Of a stretch of DNA of 64,000 nucleotides, positions 10,213 to 21,251 are shown in pieces; the first letter of the stretch is position 1, and every line of letters starts with the position of its first letter. Both the position numbers and the translations under genes were made by a program. Origin of the DNA: Zancudomyces culisetae HAW-14-8 (Eukaryota > Fungi > Kickxellomycota); NCBI GenBank assembly GCA_052426225.1, contig JBNJNM010000021.1:2604001-2668000 (forward strand), written 5' to 3'. Below the pieces are notes generated by a model, which ran no database searches, was not told where the DNA came from, and worked only from the letters and a program-made list of their open reading frames with translations.

Positions 10213-11520
10213 ATGAAGTTTATGACAATATTGCCACTTTTGGCGTCTTTATTCGCCGCAGTTAAGTGCAAATCTCGCTACTCTGTGGACAACACCCACT
10301 GTCCAGACACAGGAAGCCCAGTAGGAAATGTTAAAACTGGTTTTGAAATGATCAAATCTCCTGACTTTGACTTCAAGTCAAACTATGGTTTCATCATAAA
10401 TCCAACAGCAGTAAGTAGAGATTTGGTGCATGAGATAGACTATCTCGTTGCATAAAATAAGATGAAGATTGTTGGTGTCGTCGGACCAGAGCACGGATTC
10501 CGTGGAGCAGTTCAAGCAGGAGAATCACTCGGAGCAGCCACATACCGTGATGTCATTACTAACCTTACAGTATATGACGGATATGCATTTACCAATGGCT
10601 CGCAATGGGCTAACGCATTCAACAAAATGGAAGCTGACACTTTGGTTTTTGATATCCAGGATGTCGGAGCTCGATTCTACACATACATCTGGACTATGTA
10701 TGATGCAATGGTCGGCGCTGCCCTTGCTAAAAAGAAGTTTATAGTTCTCGACAGACCAAACCCAGTCGGAGGATTGGTTGTTGATGATGATGCTACTCTT
10801 CAACTTCAAAACGCCTCGTTTGTCGGAAGACGCGAAATCGCTCAACAACACGGCATGACTGTTGGTGAACTTGCAACATTGTTTAACGATGAATTCTTGC
10901 CAAATGAAGTACAGCTCAACAATACCGCAGTCAAGAAGATTGATCTCCAAGTCATCAAAATGACAGGATGGGGACGTAGCATGTACTTTGATCAAACCGG
11001 TCTCCCATGGATCATACCATCACCAAATATGCCAACACCATCAACAGCCACGGTATACTCAGGTCAATCACTCTTTGAAGGAACCAACTTGAGCGAAGGC
11101 CGTGAAACAACCAGGCCATTTGAAACTGTCGGAGCACCATTCATGAAAGATCTTGCACTTGACACATTGGTAAAGACACTCAACTCATACAAACTTCCAG
11201 GAGTCATATTCAGACCATTCTACTTTACACCATCATTCTCTAAGTTCTCTGGAGTTGAATGTGGTGGATTGCAGCTTTATGTTAATGACCGCAGAACCTA
11301 TCGCCCAATTACCGCTGCAATTGCAACACTTTCAACAATCAGAAACCAATTCCCAGCAAACTTTACTCTCTTGGCAACCAACATTATTGAGAAACAATCA
11401 GGAACAACAAGTCTGAGAAAATTCTTGAACGAAGGAGCCAGCTACCCAACAATTGTCAGTTCATACCAAGCTGATGTTGCTGCCTTTACTCAACTCAGAT
11501 CCAAATACCTTATGCACTAA
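10213..11520 (+). pseudogene. Secreted NamZ/YbbC (DUF1343, exo-beta-N-acetylmuramidase-like) gene interrupted by one in-frame TAA at 10453-10455
   Basis: ORFs 10213-10455 and 10462-11520 are in the same frame. Signal peptide MKFMTILPLLASLFAAVKC. Motifs GPEHGFRG, FDIQDVGARFYTYIWTM, VLDRPNP, HGMTVGELA, PSPNMP, EGTNLSEGR. Family call is confident; pseudogene versus sequencing error is not resolvable. Confidence 0.8.
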
Positions 11521-12953
11521 ACTCTTGAGTTTATCAGCTTAAAATGTAATAGATTACATTTTTTATGAAAATAAAGTCTCCCTAGAATAACGCTCAATAA
11601 TGTGGAGCCCCTAGAAAAAAAAAGGTTTTATGTTGTTTAGGATCATTTTTTTGTAGTTTGGGATAGTATTTTTTATAGTTTGTTTTTCTTTAGTGAGATG
11701 CTGCATTTTTATTCTGACTATTACCAAAGTAGGGTTAATTTTAAAACTATTTAGAAAATATTGATGATTGTAAAATTTATTTATTTTGTCTAGTATGTGT
11801 CTAAAAGGTAAACCATATTCAGTAAACTAAATCAACTAAAACCTTGGTCTCGAATAATTTAGTATGTTCTATAACAAAATTTTAGCGATATGTATAAGTA
11901 ATCATAGTTGCAGCTTTGTTCTGTTATTTTTGGTTTTAAAAATAATCATTATTATTAAGATAAAGATTCGATATTCTTTTCTATTTATTCTCATGCTCTT
12001 ATTTTATAGAATAGTCAATTAAAATAGTCACTTCTAAAGGAAAATATATACCATTTTAAACAAACTCTCTTACAAAAAAGCTATTATAATTTTGTTTTGG
12101 TCAAAAACTCACATGCGGGAATATGAAAACAGTGAATTGTAAACATGAAGAACGCAGTATATAAATAAACCATGAACCCAAAGGAGCTAGAGTGGTCGGA
12201 ACATTAGTTTAGTCGGTTAGCTACGTGTAGAAGAATTTAATTTGGTTTAATGATTGCTGAAGTAGATTTGATGATATCACTGCAATTCGCAAGACAGTTT
12301 TTTACCAATAATTTATCTGGTGTTAGTAAGCTATATTGAGCTGTCATCTGAAATCTGCATACTAAGCTTTTTTAACATATTTAACTAATAAGCACGTTGA
12401 GCAAAAAAAAGGAACTTTGGGAAGACCAAAGTGTGATTGGCTAGTAAACACTATTCAGGTTATTTTATCTTGGTGAATCGTGATATTTATTTGTTAATTG
12501 TGTAATACTTTCACCTTTCACACTTTTTGGTGCCATATGTGATACACATTTAACAAGCTTATCGAGAAAAAAAAACATACTCAATTATAAAATTTTTTTT
12601 TCAATGAAATGAAATTTTATGAAAGTGGTAATGATTTTTTTTAACCCATTAATATGTAATAGATTTTGTTTGTGGAACCAACATTACCTAGATAGGCCTA
12701 TTCTGTCAGAACAAAACCAATGAAAAGAGTCACAAATAAAAAAAATAGTGGATAAAGGCCAATAATATTCGTACCTGTAAAATCGGCATACCAATTTGTT
12801 GGATGAGTTGTTTTTATAATAGTGAGCAACTTTTCTACTTTATACTAGGAAGAGTGGAGCAAGTATTTAATTCAGAAAATTATCTATTCACTTATATTTC
12901 TTAAAAATAGAATACAAAACTAGGAGTTCGTCATGTAAAATTCCTCAATAGAT

Positions 12954-14630
12954 ATGGTTAAAGTACTTTATTACTTTCTCAATTTTGTCAATTGGGTAAC
13001 TGGGGCTATAGATTTTGTGAGAGCAGCAAAGGATACTATACAGAATAATGCTCTTATTCACGTCTTTATAAATCTATCAGTGGCTATTGTAGTGCTACAT
13101 GGTATAGGTTCGGATTTCGGTACAGACGGTATTTGGATATGGAGACTAGTGTTAGCACTACTACGAAGTTCATTTGGGATCATTGTGCTTTACGTTGGAA
13201 TTGTTGAAAAGTTTAAAACTATCCTAAAAGAGCTTGCGGTACCATATGGAAGAAAAAAAGTCTATAGCTCTTTGTGTGATATGTCAAAGCTTGATACGAA
13301 TTCGAAAAAATTCAGAGAATATTTTCTGGGCGAGAAAATGAACAATAGTATTAAAACTATATTCTTAAATTCAAAGGTTATGTTAGTGGGTGGTAAATTT
13401 TCAAATGAATTCACTATGTTTCCCGATGAAATACTCAATACCAACAAAGCGAGAAACATTGTACAACACAGGTACACGGTGATGACGAGGGGTGAACATG
13501 CAAGAGATACGTTACTAACGAGATATTTAGTATATTTTTCTTCGTATGTTGACTTGCCAGAGTCGATTTCTGCAATACAGCCGAGCTTGGAGGAAGTAAT
13601 AATTAAGAAAGTACAAAATTCGGGAAAAATATATGCAAACAATGAAATTCAAATCGAAAGTCTAGAGGATCTAGTACGTGAAATAATGGAGTACGCGGTC
13701 ATATTTAGATATTTGGGACCATATGCGATTAAGGATAAAGAGCTAGTAGATTGTTTCTTAAAATCAATGGATCGTACTTCTATTGATATATACAATGAGA
13801 ATTTCTATTCTATGTTGTTCAGAAACGGGGATGTAGGAAAAAACTACATATATGAGTACATTGAGCTGGAATCAAAGCGTAGGAAATATTTGCCCGAATT
13901 TGGCAAACCCATGGATATAATTCAGTTCTTGGTGGATAATAGCAGTTGCGTTGAGGAAAACGTGGTGAAAATGGGATTTCAACTTCAACGTGTTATAGAG
14001 ACAGGTATAATGATAATAGCGAATAGATTATACAATCTGATAATAGAACTCAGTATAAGACATGAAGAGTGCAAGGAATTACTAGAAGAACAACTTTCTC
14101 TAATCGAAATGAACAACGGATCCACACACATTTCGTTTGAGATGCTGGATGAGATGGTATTACTTGATGCTTTTATCAAAGAGTGTCTCAGAATGTCAGG
14201 CGGAACGGCATTTATGCTTCGTATTTCAACTCAGGATGTAGTAATGTCGAATGGTGTGACTATACCTAAAAACGGGTATGTCTGCTTTAACATTCAATCA
14301 CACAACAGAAACCCAAAACTATTTGGACCCAACGCAAATAGCTTCGACTATAAGCGGCATATCCGTCTTGGAATGAAGCTTTCTGATGCCTCATTGGCCA
14401 ATTTGATTTGGGGTGCCGGAGGCCGTATTTGCCTTGCTAGACTGTATTCAGTTGCCATAGTGAAATTGGTAATGGCTATCCTTATACGAAATTTTGAATT
14501 CTTTCCAAATTACCGCTCCCAACGAAATAGTAAATCTGATGACTTTGATACTTCGCATTACGCAATTTTATCGGATCGCAATAAAACATCAGGTCTCTAC
14601 GCTATACAGAGACCCTGGAAGTGCTCATAA
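12954..14630 (+). CDS. Cytochrome P450 (divergent, intronless, 558 aa)
   Basis: N-terminal hydrophobic anchor, ExxR motif (KECLR), heme motif WGAGGRIC. Confidence 0.85.
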   Translation: MVKVLYYFLNFVNWVTGAIDFVRAAKDTIQNNALIHVFINLSVAIVVLHGIGSDFGTDGIWIWRLVLALLRSSFGIIVLYVGIVEKFKTILKELAVPYGRKKVYSSLCDMSKLDTNSKKFREYFLGEKMNNSIKTIFLNSKVMLVGGKFSNEFTMFPDEILNTNKARNIVQHRYTVMTRGEHARDTLLTRYLVYFSSYVDLPESISAIQPSLEEVIIKKVQNSGKIYANNEIQIESLEDLVREIMEYAVIFRYLGPYAIKDKELVDCFLKSMDRTSIDIYNENFYSMLFRNGDVGKNYIYEYIELESKRRKYLPEFGKPMDIIQFLVDNSSCVEENVVKMGFQLQRVIETGIMIIANRLYNLIIELSIRHEECKELLEEQLSLIEMNNGSTHISFEMLDEMVLLDAFIKECLRMSGGTAFMLRISTQDVVMSNGVTIPKNGYVCFNIQSHNRNPKLFGPNANSFDYKRHIRLGMKLSDASLANLIWGAGGRICLARLYSVAIVKLVMAILIRNFEFFPNYRSQRNSKSDDFDTSHYAILSDRNKTSGLYAIQRPWKCS

Positions 14631-14915
14631 CTACATAGAAAATCATGTTTATTTAACTTCAACCTCATTCGCATCTATAATATTTTTACCAATTTGAGTT
14701 TTGAGGTTTGAGTTTTTCAAATATTGTAGATTGTGCTTTTTATAGCAAAAAATACAAAATCTAATTATATTGATGTAATTTTGATTAAATAAAACTCAAA
14801 TAAAAATTAAAAAAGTCAAATATTTACAGAGTAACAAGAAATTATTGATTTAAAAATTGAGGCGTTAGCTTATGAATCTTAATATAAAAAGCAAATAAAA
14901 TAAAGTAGCTCTAGA

Positions 14916-16678
14916 ATGAACGAAAAAAAGTCGCGATGGGATCACGAAGATCTGGTGTCTGATTCGGATGAAGGTAAGAAATTCAAAGTTTTTGTAAACT
15001 ATCTTTTCATGTTCTATATAGGATTTATACGCTAATAAATGGAAAAGTATGATGAAAGCTAATATGCTATGTTTATTTTTTGTAGAGCATAAAAAGCCGA
15101 AAAAGCAAAAGATAATCTATGATAAAAATGCAGAATCCAAATGCAACGAGAGATTGGACTTGATTACAGACGAGAAAAAAATGAAAAAGAGATTACATAC
15201 AATAATGGAGTGTAGAAAGTTTGAGGAGACGTATGAAAAGTTAAATAAGATCGAGGAGGGAACGTACGGGGTGGTATTCAGGGCTAAAAATAAAATCACA
15301 GGGGAAATTGTCGCACTTAAACACTTGAAGCTTGAGAATGAAAACAACGGATTTCCAATTACAAGCTTGAGAGAGATATATACATTACTATTTGCAAAAC
15401 ATAACAATATAGTAAATGTCAAAGAGATAGTTACAGGAAAAGCGCTGAATAGGTAGGTTTCAGTTTTTTCTTCTTTTCATAGTTTATGCCGATATATGCA
15501 CAGTACATCTACAGTTGTGGTAAAAAAAACTCACAAGTGCACTTGTGCGTGTATTTATACAGTATCTATATAGTCATGGAGTATATTGAGCACGATCTAA
15601 AATCCCTGATGACAGACATGCCCTCACCGTTTCTGCAATCCGAAGTTAAAACATTGATGCTCCAGCTTCTTTCAGCGGTTGAGTTTTTACACAAAAACTG
15701 GATAGTACATAGGGACCTGAAAACATCTAATTTACTCGTGTCTAACCTGGGTCAAATCAAGGTCGCAGATTTTGGATTAGCAAGGAAATACAGTAGTCCT
15801 TTGGGATCAATGACACAACTGGTGGTTACTCTTTGGTATCGTGCCCCTGAGCTTCTATTTGGTGAGAACAAGTACTCCACAAAGGTCGATATGTGGTCGA
15901 TTGGGTGTATTTTTGCTGAGTTACTGCATTCGGAGCCTTTATTCCCTGGAAGAGGCGAGCTGGATCAAATCAAAAGGGTATGTTTCATAATCTGATTAGC
16001 TGGACCCAAACTGATATTGAGCAAAAAAAAAGTTTATTACACTGTTTTGTTATTATAATCAATATATCGAATGCAACGGTTAATAGATGCTTTGAATTTA
16101 AACATGTGCAAATAGATATTTTCGCTGCTAGGGACTCCAGACGAAAAAAAATGGCCGGGGTTTAAAGACCTTCCAAATGCCAAGCTATTCAAATTTTCTG
16201 TGCTGTCAAAAAACAGGATACGAGAGAAATTTACAAACTTGACACATAATGGAATAGATTTACTTTCAAAATTACTTGAATACGACCCAGACAAGAGAAT
16301 TAGTGCTAACGAAGCCATTTCACACCCGTATTTTAGGTACGTAAGCCAAAACACTTTTCATTAAAATTTCACCAACACAGTATTGGTTTTTTGCTTTTTA
16401 TATATTTTAAGACCAAAAAAGCCCGATAAATATACCCTAACAATTAAATTAGCGAATCGCCATTACCAAAAGATCCAAGGCTATTCCCCACTTGGCCTTC
16501 TAAAAGCTCTTGCGAAAAGAGAAAGTCGATTGCAAGTCCATCTCTACCCAAGGACACCAAGGATAATTTTCTCAGTGATAATACGTCTGTTGATACAGAT
16601 TCGCTAAATTACAACAGAATGTTGTTCGATATGGACACTAAAGCCAGTGATACTTCAATGTTTAGATTGAGACTATAA
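14916..16678 (+). CDS. CDK11: CDK11/PITSLRE cyclin-dependent kinase; exons 14916-14973, 15086-15452, 15563-15977, 16116-16336, 16453-16678
   Basis: [42 protein letters not shown]-terminal [11 protein letters not shown]. Four GT-AG introns restore a single frame. Confidence 0.92.
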
Positions 16679-17213
16679 TATATATATCTGAAACGTTCTA
16701 ATCATGATAGTGATACCGTTCTTTAATACAAAAATATTGAATGGGTCTGCTATTATATATATATAATAGGACTGTACTAACACCATTCACACTTCCTTTA
16801 CCTATTTAAATTTCTAAACCAAAAGAATTGTAGTACATATTTTATTTTTTTGATATATTTTTATCTAATTTTGATGACAAATACATGCTTCTCACTATTT
16901 TATGTAGTGTTGTATGTTTTCTGAAAAAAAAAAACGATAGTTTGAATACATACAATATTATTGGATAATTAATGTAAAATTTTTTTTTAACAGCCACTCA
17001 ATTTTTGACATTTGAAAAATCGAATCCAGCAATTTTGCTAACGAAAATTGAACTTTCAGCACTAATTTTAATTTTCGTTCTAAAAAGTTTTTCGTTTGGT
17101 TAAGTACTATAGATTTATCTGTTGTATAAAATATAATATATAGTATTATATTGTCTCGTACTATAACATACAAGGATATACCGGTGGTCAGACCTATTAG
17201 TTCAATATTTAGA

Positions 17214-17784
17214 GTAAGTGAAAAATCTTAACAGTAGATATATTGCACAATTATTTTGGGTACGCAATGAAATATAAACGAATGTAAACTGGGACGAAGA
17301 GAAACGAGGACTAACGTGGTCAAATGGGAGAAGGGGTCTGGATGCATGAATGTCTTTGGATAAGTGTAGCGTATACTACGACTTTTAAGGACTTTTGTGT
17401 ATACACCTTTTTTGTAATGCGATTTTGTATCGCATGCAGACTTCAGATTCGATTTGGTTGCATTTGATTTTGAATCCTTATTATATTGCGGGTACTACGT
17501 GTGGAAATCGAAATCACATCTAAAAATAATTTGGTGATTATCAAGGCTAAATGCCTTTTTACTGGAATTTGAAGATTTATGAAATTGTCAATGTGTTTTT
17601 TGTGTGTACAGTTGGTGTGAACTATTATTAACTGAATGGTCATGCTTGGACACCTGTTTCAATTATCTTTCAGGTGTCTTTTATAATTTCTGTAATTTGT
17701 ATAGCATCAGTTTTTGGTTGTAGTATTACTTGTCTCTACAAACTAAATGTGGTTTATACTTAAAATAACTTTTGTATGAAATAG
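17214..17784 (+). other. Probable 5'-UTR intron of RPL32
   Basis: GTAAGT donor at 17214, ACTAA branch-like sequence near 17743, TAG acceptor 2 nt before the ATG. Donor choice is tentative. Confidence 0.5.
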
Positions 17785-17786
17785 AA

Positions 17787-18185
17787 ATGGCAAAACCAAT
17801 CAAATCCATAGACATTGTCAAGAAGCGCACAAAGAAGTTTGTACGAGTCCAATCTGACCGTTTTATGCGCGTTGGAGAATCATGGAGAAAGCCAAGAGGT
17901 ATTGACTCACGCACTCGCCGCCGATTCAAGGGAACTCGTCCTCAACCAAAGATCGGTTACGGATCAAACAACAAGACCAAGAACCTATTGCCAAGCGGTT
18001 TCCGTCTGCACACCGTCAACAACGTTAGCGACCTCAAGCCATTGATTATGTTGAACAGAAAGTACTGTGTTGAGATTGCCTCAAGCGTATGCTCACGCAA
18101 GCGTATTGCCATTGTCAACCGCGCTAAAGAGCTCGATATTAATGTAATTAACGCATCTGCCCGTGTCCGCACCGAGGCCAACTAA
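17787..18185 (+). CDS. RPL32: 60S ribosomal protein eL32 (132 aa)
   Basis: KKRTKKFVRVQSDR, WRKPRGIDSRTRRRFKG, PKIGYGSN. AATAAA at 18241-18246. Confidence 0.97.
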   Translation: MAKPIKSIDIVKKRTKKFVRVQSDRFMRVGESWRKPRGIDSRTRRRFKGTRPQPKIGYGSNNKTKNLLPSGFRLHTVNNVSDLKPLIMLNRKYCVEIASSVCSRKRIAIVNRAKELDINVINASARVRTEAN

Positions 18186-18361
18186 ATTTGCACCAATATA
18201 TTACTACTTTTATCGATTTGTGTTTTTTTCGTTGTTTATTAATAAAATGGTCTTATAAATATACCAACACTAATTGTTTTTGATTCTTCGATGTAAATTG
18301 AACGAGTGGCTCAAATATTTATTCTTGTAAATGTATATATTCTATGAAACCAAATGAACAT

Positions 18362-19227
18362 AGCATTCCACAAATGGAGTGGCATGAAAACATGGGTAGC
18401 AGATTTAATACAAAACCCCTTCAAACACTCGAAGGACACTTGGGTCACAGGGTACACAAGGTGGTCTAACAGATTCAACAGGATCAAGATTGATAATGTA
18501 CCAACCGGAGAGATAAGAAAAACTAAGGAGACACTCGAGATAAACAACAGGCTGAAAGACAAGTCGAATATTACAAAGTGGATAAAGGAAGTTGGAGCAG
18601 GCCGACAAAGGAACTGGGTCGACTTACAAGCGGCCTTTCCACAGTACATGAAACACATTCTTTTCGTAGGCCGAATTCGAATAGGTCAATTTTGGACCGC
18701 CACGAGATTAGCAAATTCGGGGTTTATAGATCCAGATTACAAAGCCAAATGTCCGTTCTGTAAGAAAGAAGAAAAAGAAACAGTTGAGCATTACTTATTA
18801 GATTGCAGTAGATGGGACGAAATTAGGAAGGATTTACTTACCGAATTTATAGATTTTTATAGTTCTTTTTTATCTAGCACGATTTCCGAGTGTGTTGAGC
18901 TTCGCAGGAAAATCGTGGGTAAACTCCTGGGGGAGGAGTTAAAGCTCAAACTACCTGGGATTCTTCGGGATCCAAACGCCACTTGCGTTAGAGCAGTGGT
19001 TTCCACAGCCCGGTTTCTTAACGAGACCTTTTTACCTCGCTACCTAGTGTTGAAAGATATTAGTGTAGTCCCACTCCCCTTGAACCAATGCCCATCGGGT
19101 ACGGAGACTCTAGAGAGTCGAAGGGGAATAGGATGAGTTTAGAATATAGATTGTTTTTATTTTCTTTAGGAACTGTTTATCTTCTAAATAAATTCTTTTT
19201 TCTACCGAAAAAAAAAAAAAAAAAAAA
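18362..19227 (+). mobile_element. LINE copy A of array 2, 5'-truncated (~0.87 kb)
   Basis: Matches the element from AGCATTCCACAAATGG. Ends CTACCG + A20. Confidence 0.97.
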
Positions 19228-19713
19228 CAAAGCCAAATGTCCGTTCTGTAAGAAAGAAGAAAAAGAAACAGTTGAGCATTACTTATTAGATTGCAGTAGA
19301 TGGGACGAAATTAGGAAGGATTTACTTACCGAATTTATAGATTTTTATAGTTCTTTTTTATCTAGCACGATTTCCGAGTGTGTTGAGCTTCGCAGGAAAA
19401 TCGCGGGTAAACTCCTGGGGGAGGAGTTAAAGCTCAAACTACCTGGGATTCTTCGGGATCCAAACGCCACTTGCGTTAGAGCAGTGGTTTCCACAGCCCG
19501 GTTTCTTAACGAGACCTTTTTACCTCGCTACCTATTGTTGAAAGACATTAGTGTAGTCCCACTCCCCTTGAACCAATGCCCATCGGGTACGGAGACTCTA
19601 GAGAGTCGAAGGGGGATAGGATGAGTTTAGATTATAGATTGTTTTTATTTTTTTTAGGAACTGTTTATTTTCTAAATAAATTTTTTTTCTACCGAAAAAA
19701 AAAAAAAAAAAAA
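19228..19713 (+). mobile_element. LINE copy B of array 2, 5'-truncated (~0.49 kb)
   Basis: Starts (A)CAAAGCCAAATG after the poly(A). Ends CTACCG + A19. Confidence 0.97.
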
Positions 19714-20187
19714 CAAAGCCAAATGTCCGTTCTGTAAGAAAGAAGAAAAAGAAACAGTTGAGCATTACTTATTAGATTGCAGTAGATGGGACGAAATTAG
19801 GAAGGATTTACTTACTGAATTTATAGATTATTATAGTTCTTTTTTATCTAGCACGATTTCCGAGTGTGTTGAGCTTCGCAGGAAAATCGTGGGTAAACTC
19901 CTGGGGGAGGAGTTAAAGCTCAAACTACCTGGGATTCTTCGGGATCCAAACGCCACTTGCGTTAGAGCAGTGGTTTCCACAGCCCGGTTTCTTAACGAGA
20001 CCTTTTTACCTCGCTACCTAGTGTTGAAAGACATTAGTGTAGTCCCACTCCCCTTGAACCAATGCCCATCGGGTACGGAGACTCTAGAGAGTCGAAGGGG
20101 AATAGGATGAGTTTAGATTATAGATTGTTTTTATTTTTAGGAACTGTTTATTTTCTAAATAAATTTATTTTCTACCGAAAAAAAAAA
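19714..20187 (+). mobile_element. LINE copy C of array 2, 5'-truncated (~0.47 kb), terminal copy
   Basis: Same start (A)CAAAGCCAAATG as copy B. Ends CTACCG + A10, then unique flank CAACATTTTCTC. Confidence 0.97.
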
Positions 20188-20429
20188 CAACATTTTCTCA
20201 CCACTTTAAATATATACCACGCTGCAACTCAATTTGCTTCTAGTATAAATGAATGATTGTGACTTTCTCATCAGTTGTGCACATAAATTATTTTATTATG
20301 AGGATGTATTATACAAGTCTAACAACATGAATTTTGAGATTATGGGATGTAAATGTAAATGTAAATGTAATAAGCCACAAATATGAACTATAAACTTTGC
20401 AATGCAATCAATAAATCTACTCTTTGCAC

Positions 20430-21251
20430 CTAAAAGGCGTACTTTAATCTTTCTTTCTCATATTCCATTAGTTGACTTAGTAGAGAAAAGTTGGGGGAAA
20501 TCCTAGGTGCTCGTGCCTTTACATATTGATATGCCTCATTAAAGCTATATCCCCTAGAGTACATTACGTATGCGATAACTAAGGTTGCAGACCTGGAAAC
20601 ACCCAGTTGACAATGTATTAACACATTTTTCCTATTATCGACTGCCTGGTTTATAAAGTCAAAACACTGCTCGAAGCTTTTTTTAATACAATCTTCGTTG
20701 TGATCCCAAAATATACTCATGTATTCAATTCTATTGTACGTGTCAAAGTTTTTAAAACTATCACCATGCTCTTGACCATACTCGCTATCCGTATCTTCAG
20801 AATAATCCGGAGTTTCTAGCTCATCATGTGAACATATCAACGTAGGACTTATTTCCTTGTAATCATTATAGTTGTAGTTTGTAGTGGATTCTTTAGCCAC
20901 ACTTAGTATTCGCTCAATGCCTAGATGCCGTAATGTTTTTGGATTTGCAGCATCCCTTTCGCTTCCTAAATATATACTATCTACTATCTCTACAGGTCCT
21001 TCTTCTTCATCTATAGCTTTTTCTTCTTTAAACTCGCACCACATTTCATTGTTGTTATAGTCGTTATAGTTATTTTGAAACCCAAACCCACCATTGCAAG
21101 TACTTTTATTCGCATCGTATTGATATTTCTTAGCGTCTCCTACTGTATTTATGGTTAAAATACTAGGTGGTCCCCTTTTCTTCATTTTTTTACTATAGCT
21201 ATTCTTCGTTAAAAAATTGTTACAAGAGCCTAAAGGTGGAAAAATATTCAT
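20430..21251 (-). CDS. Dual-specificity protein phosphatase (MAPK-phosphatase-like, 273 aa)
   Basis: PVEIVDSIYLGSE, catalytic loop HCQLGVSRSAT, ISPNFSLLSQL. Confidence 0.92.
   Translation of the reverse strand: MNIFPPLGSCNNFLTKNSYSKKMKKRGPPSILTINTVGDAKKYQYDANKSTCNGGFGFQNNYNDYNNNEMWCEFKEEKAIDEEEGPVEIVDSIYLGSERDAANPKTLRHLGIERILSVAKESTTNYNYNDYKEISPTLICSHDELETPDYSEDTDSEYGQEHGDSFKNFDTYNRIEYMSIFWDHNEDCIKKSFEQCFDFINQAVDNRKNVLIHCQLGVSRSATLVIAYVMYSRGYSFNEAYQYVKARAPRISPNFSLLSQLMEYEKERLKYAF

Noticed and set aside
10453-10455. TAA reassignment (alternative genetic code) as the explanation for the NamZ stop
   Set aside because: TAA terminates many conserved genes here (RPL32, RPL15, CDK11, MFS), and no other gene has in-frame stops.
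17551-17570. U5 snRNA loop-like GCCTTTTTACTGG
   Set aside because: One T too many, with no supporting stem or Sm site.
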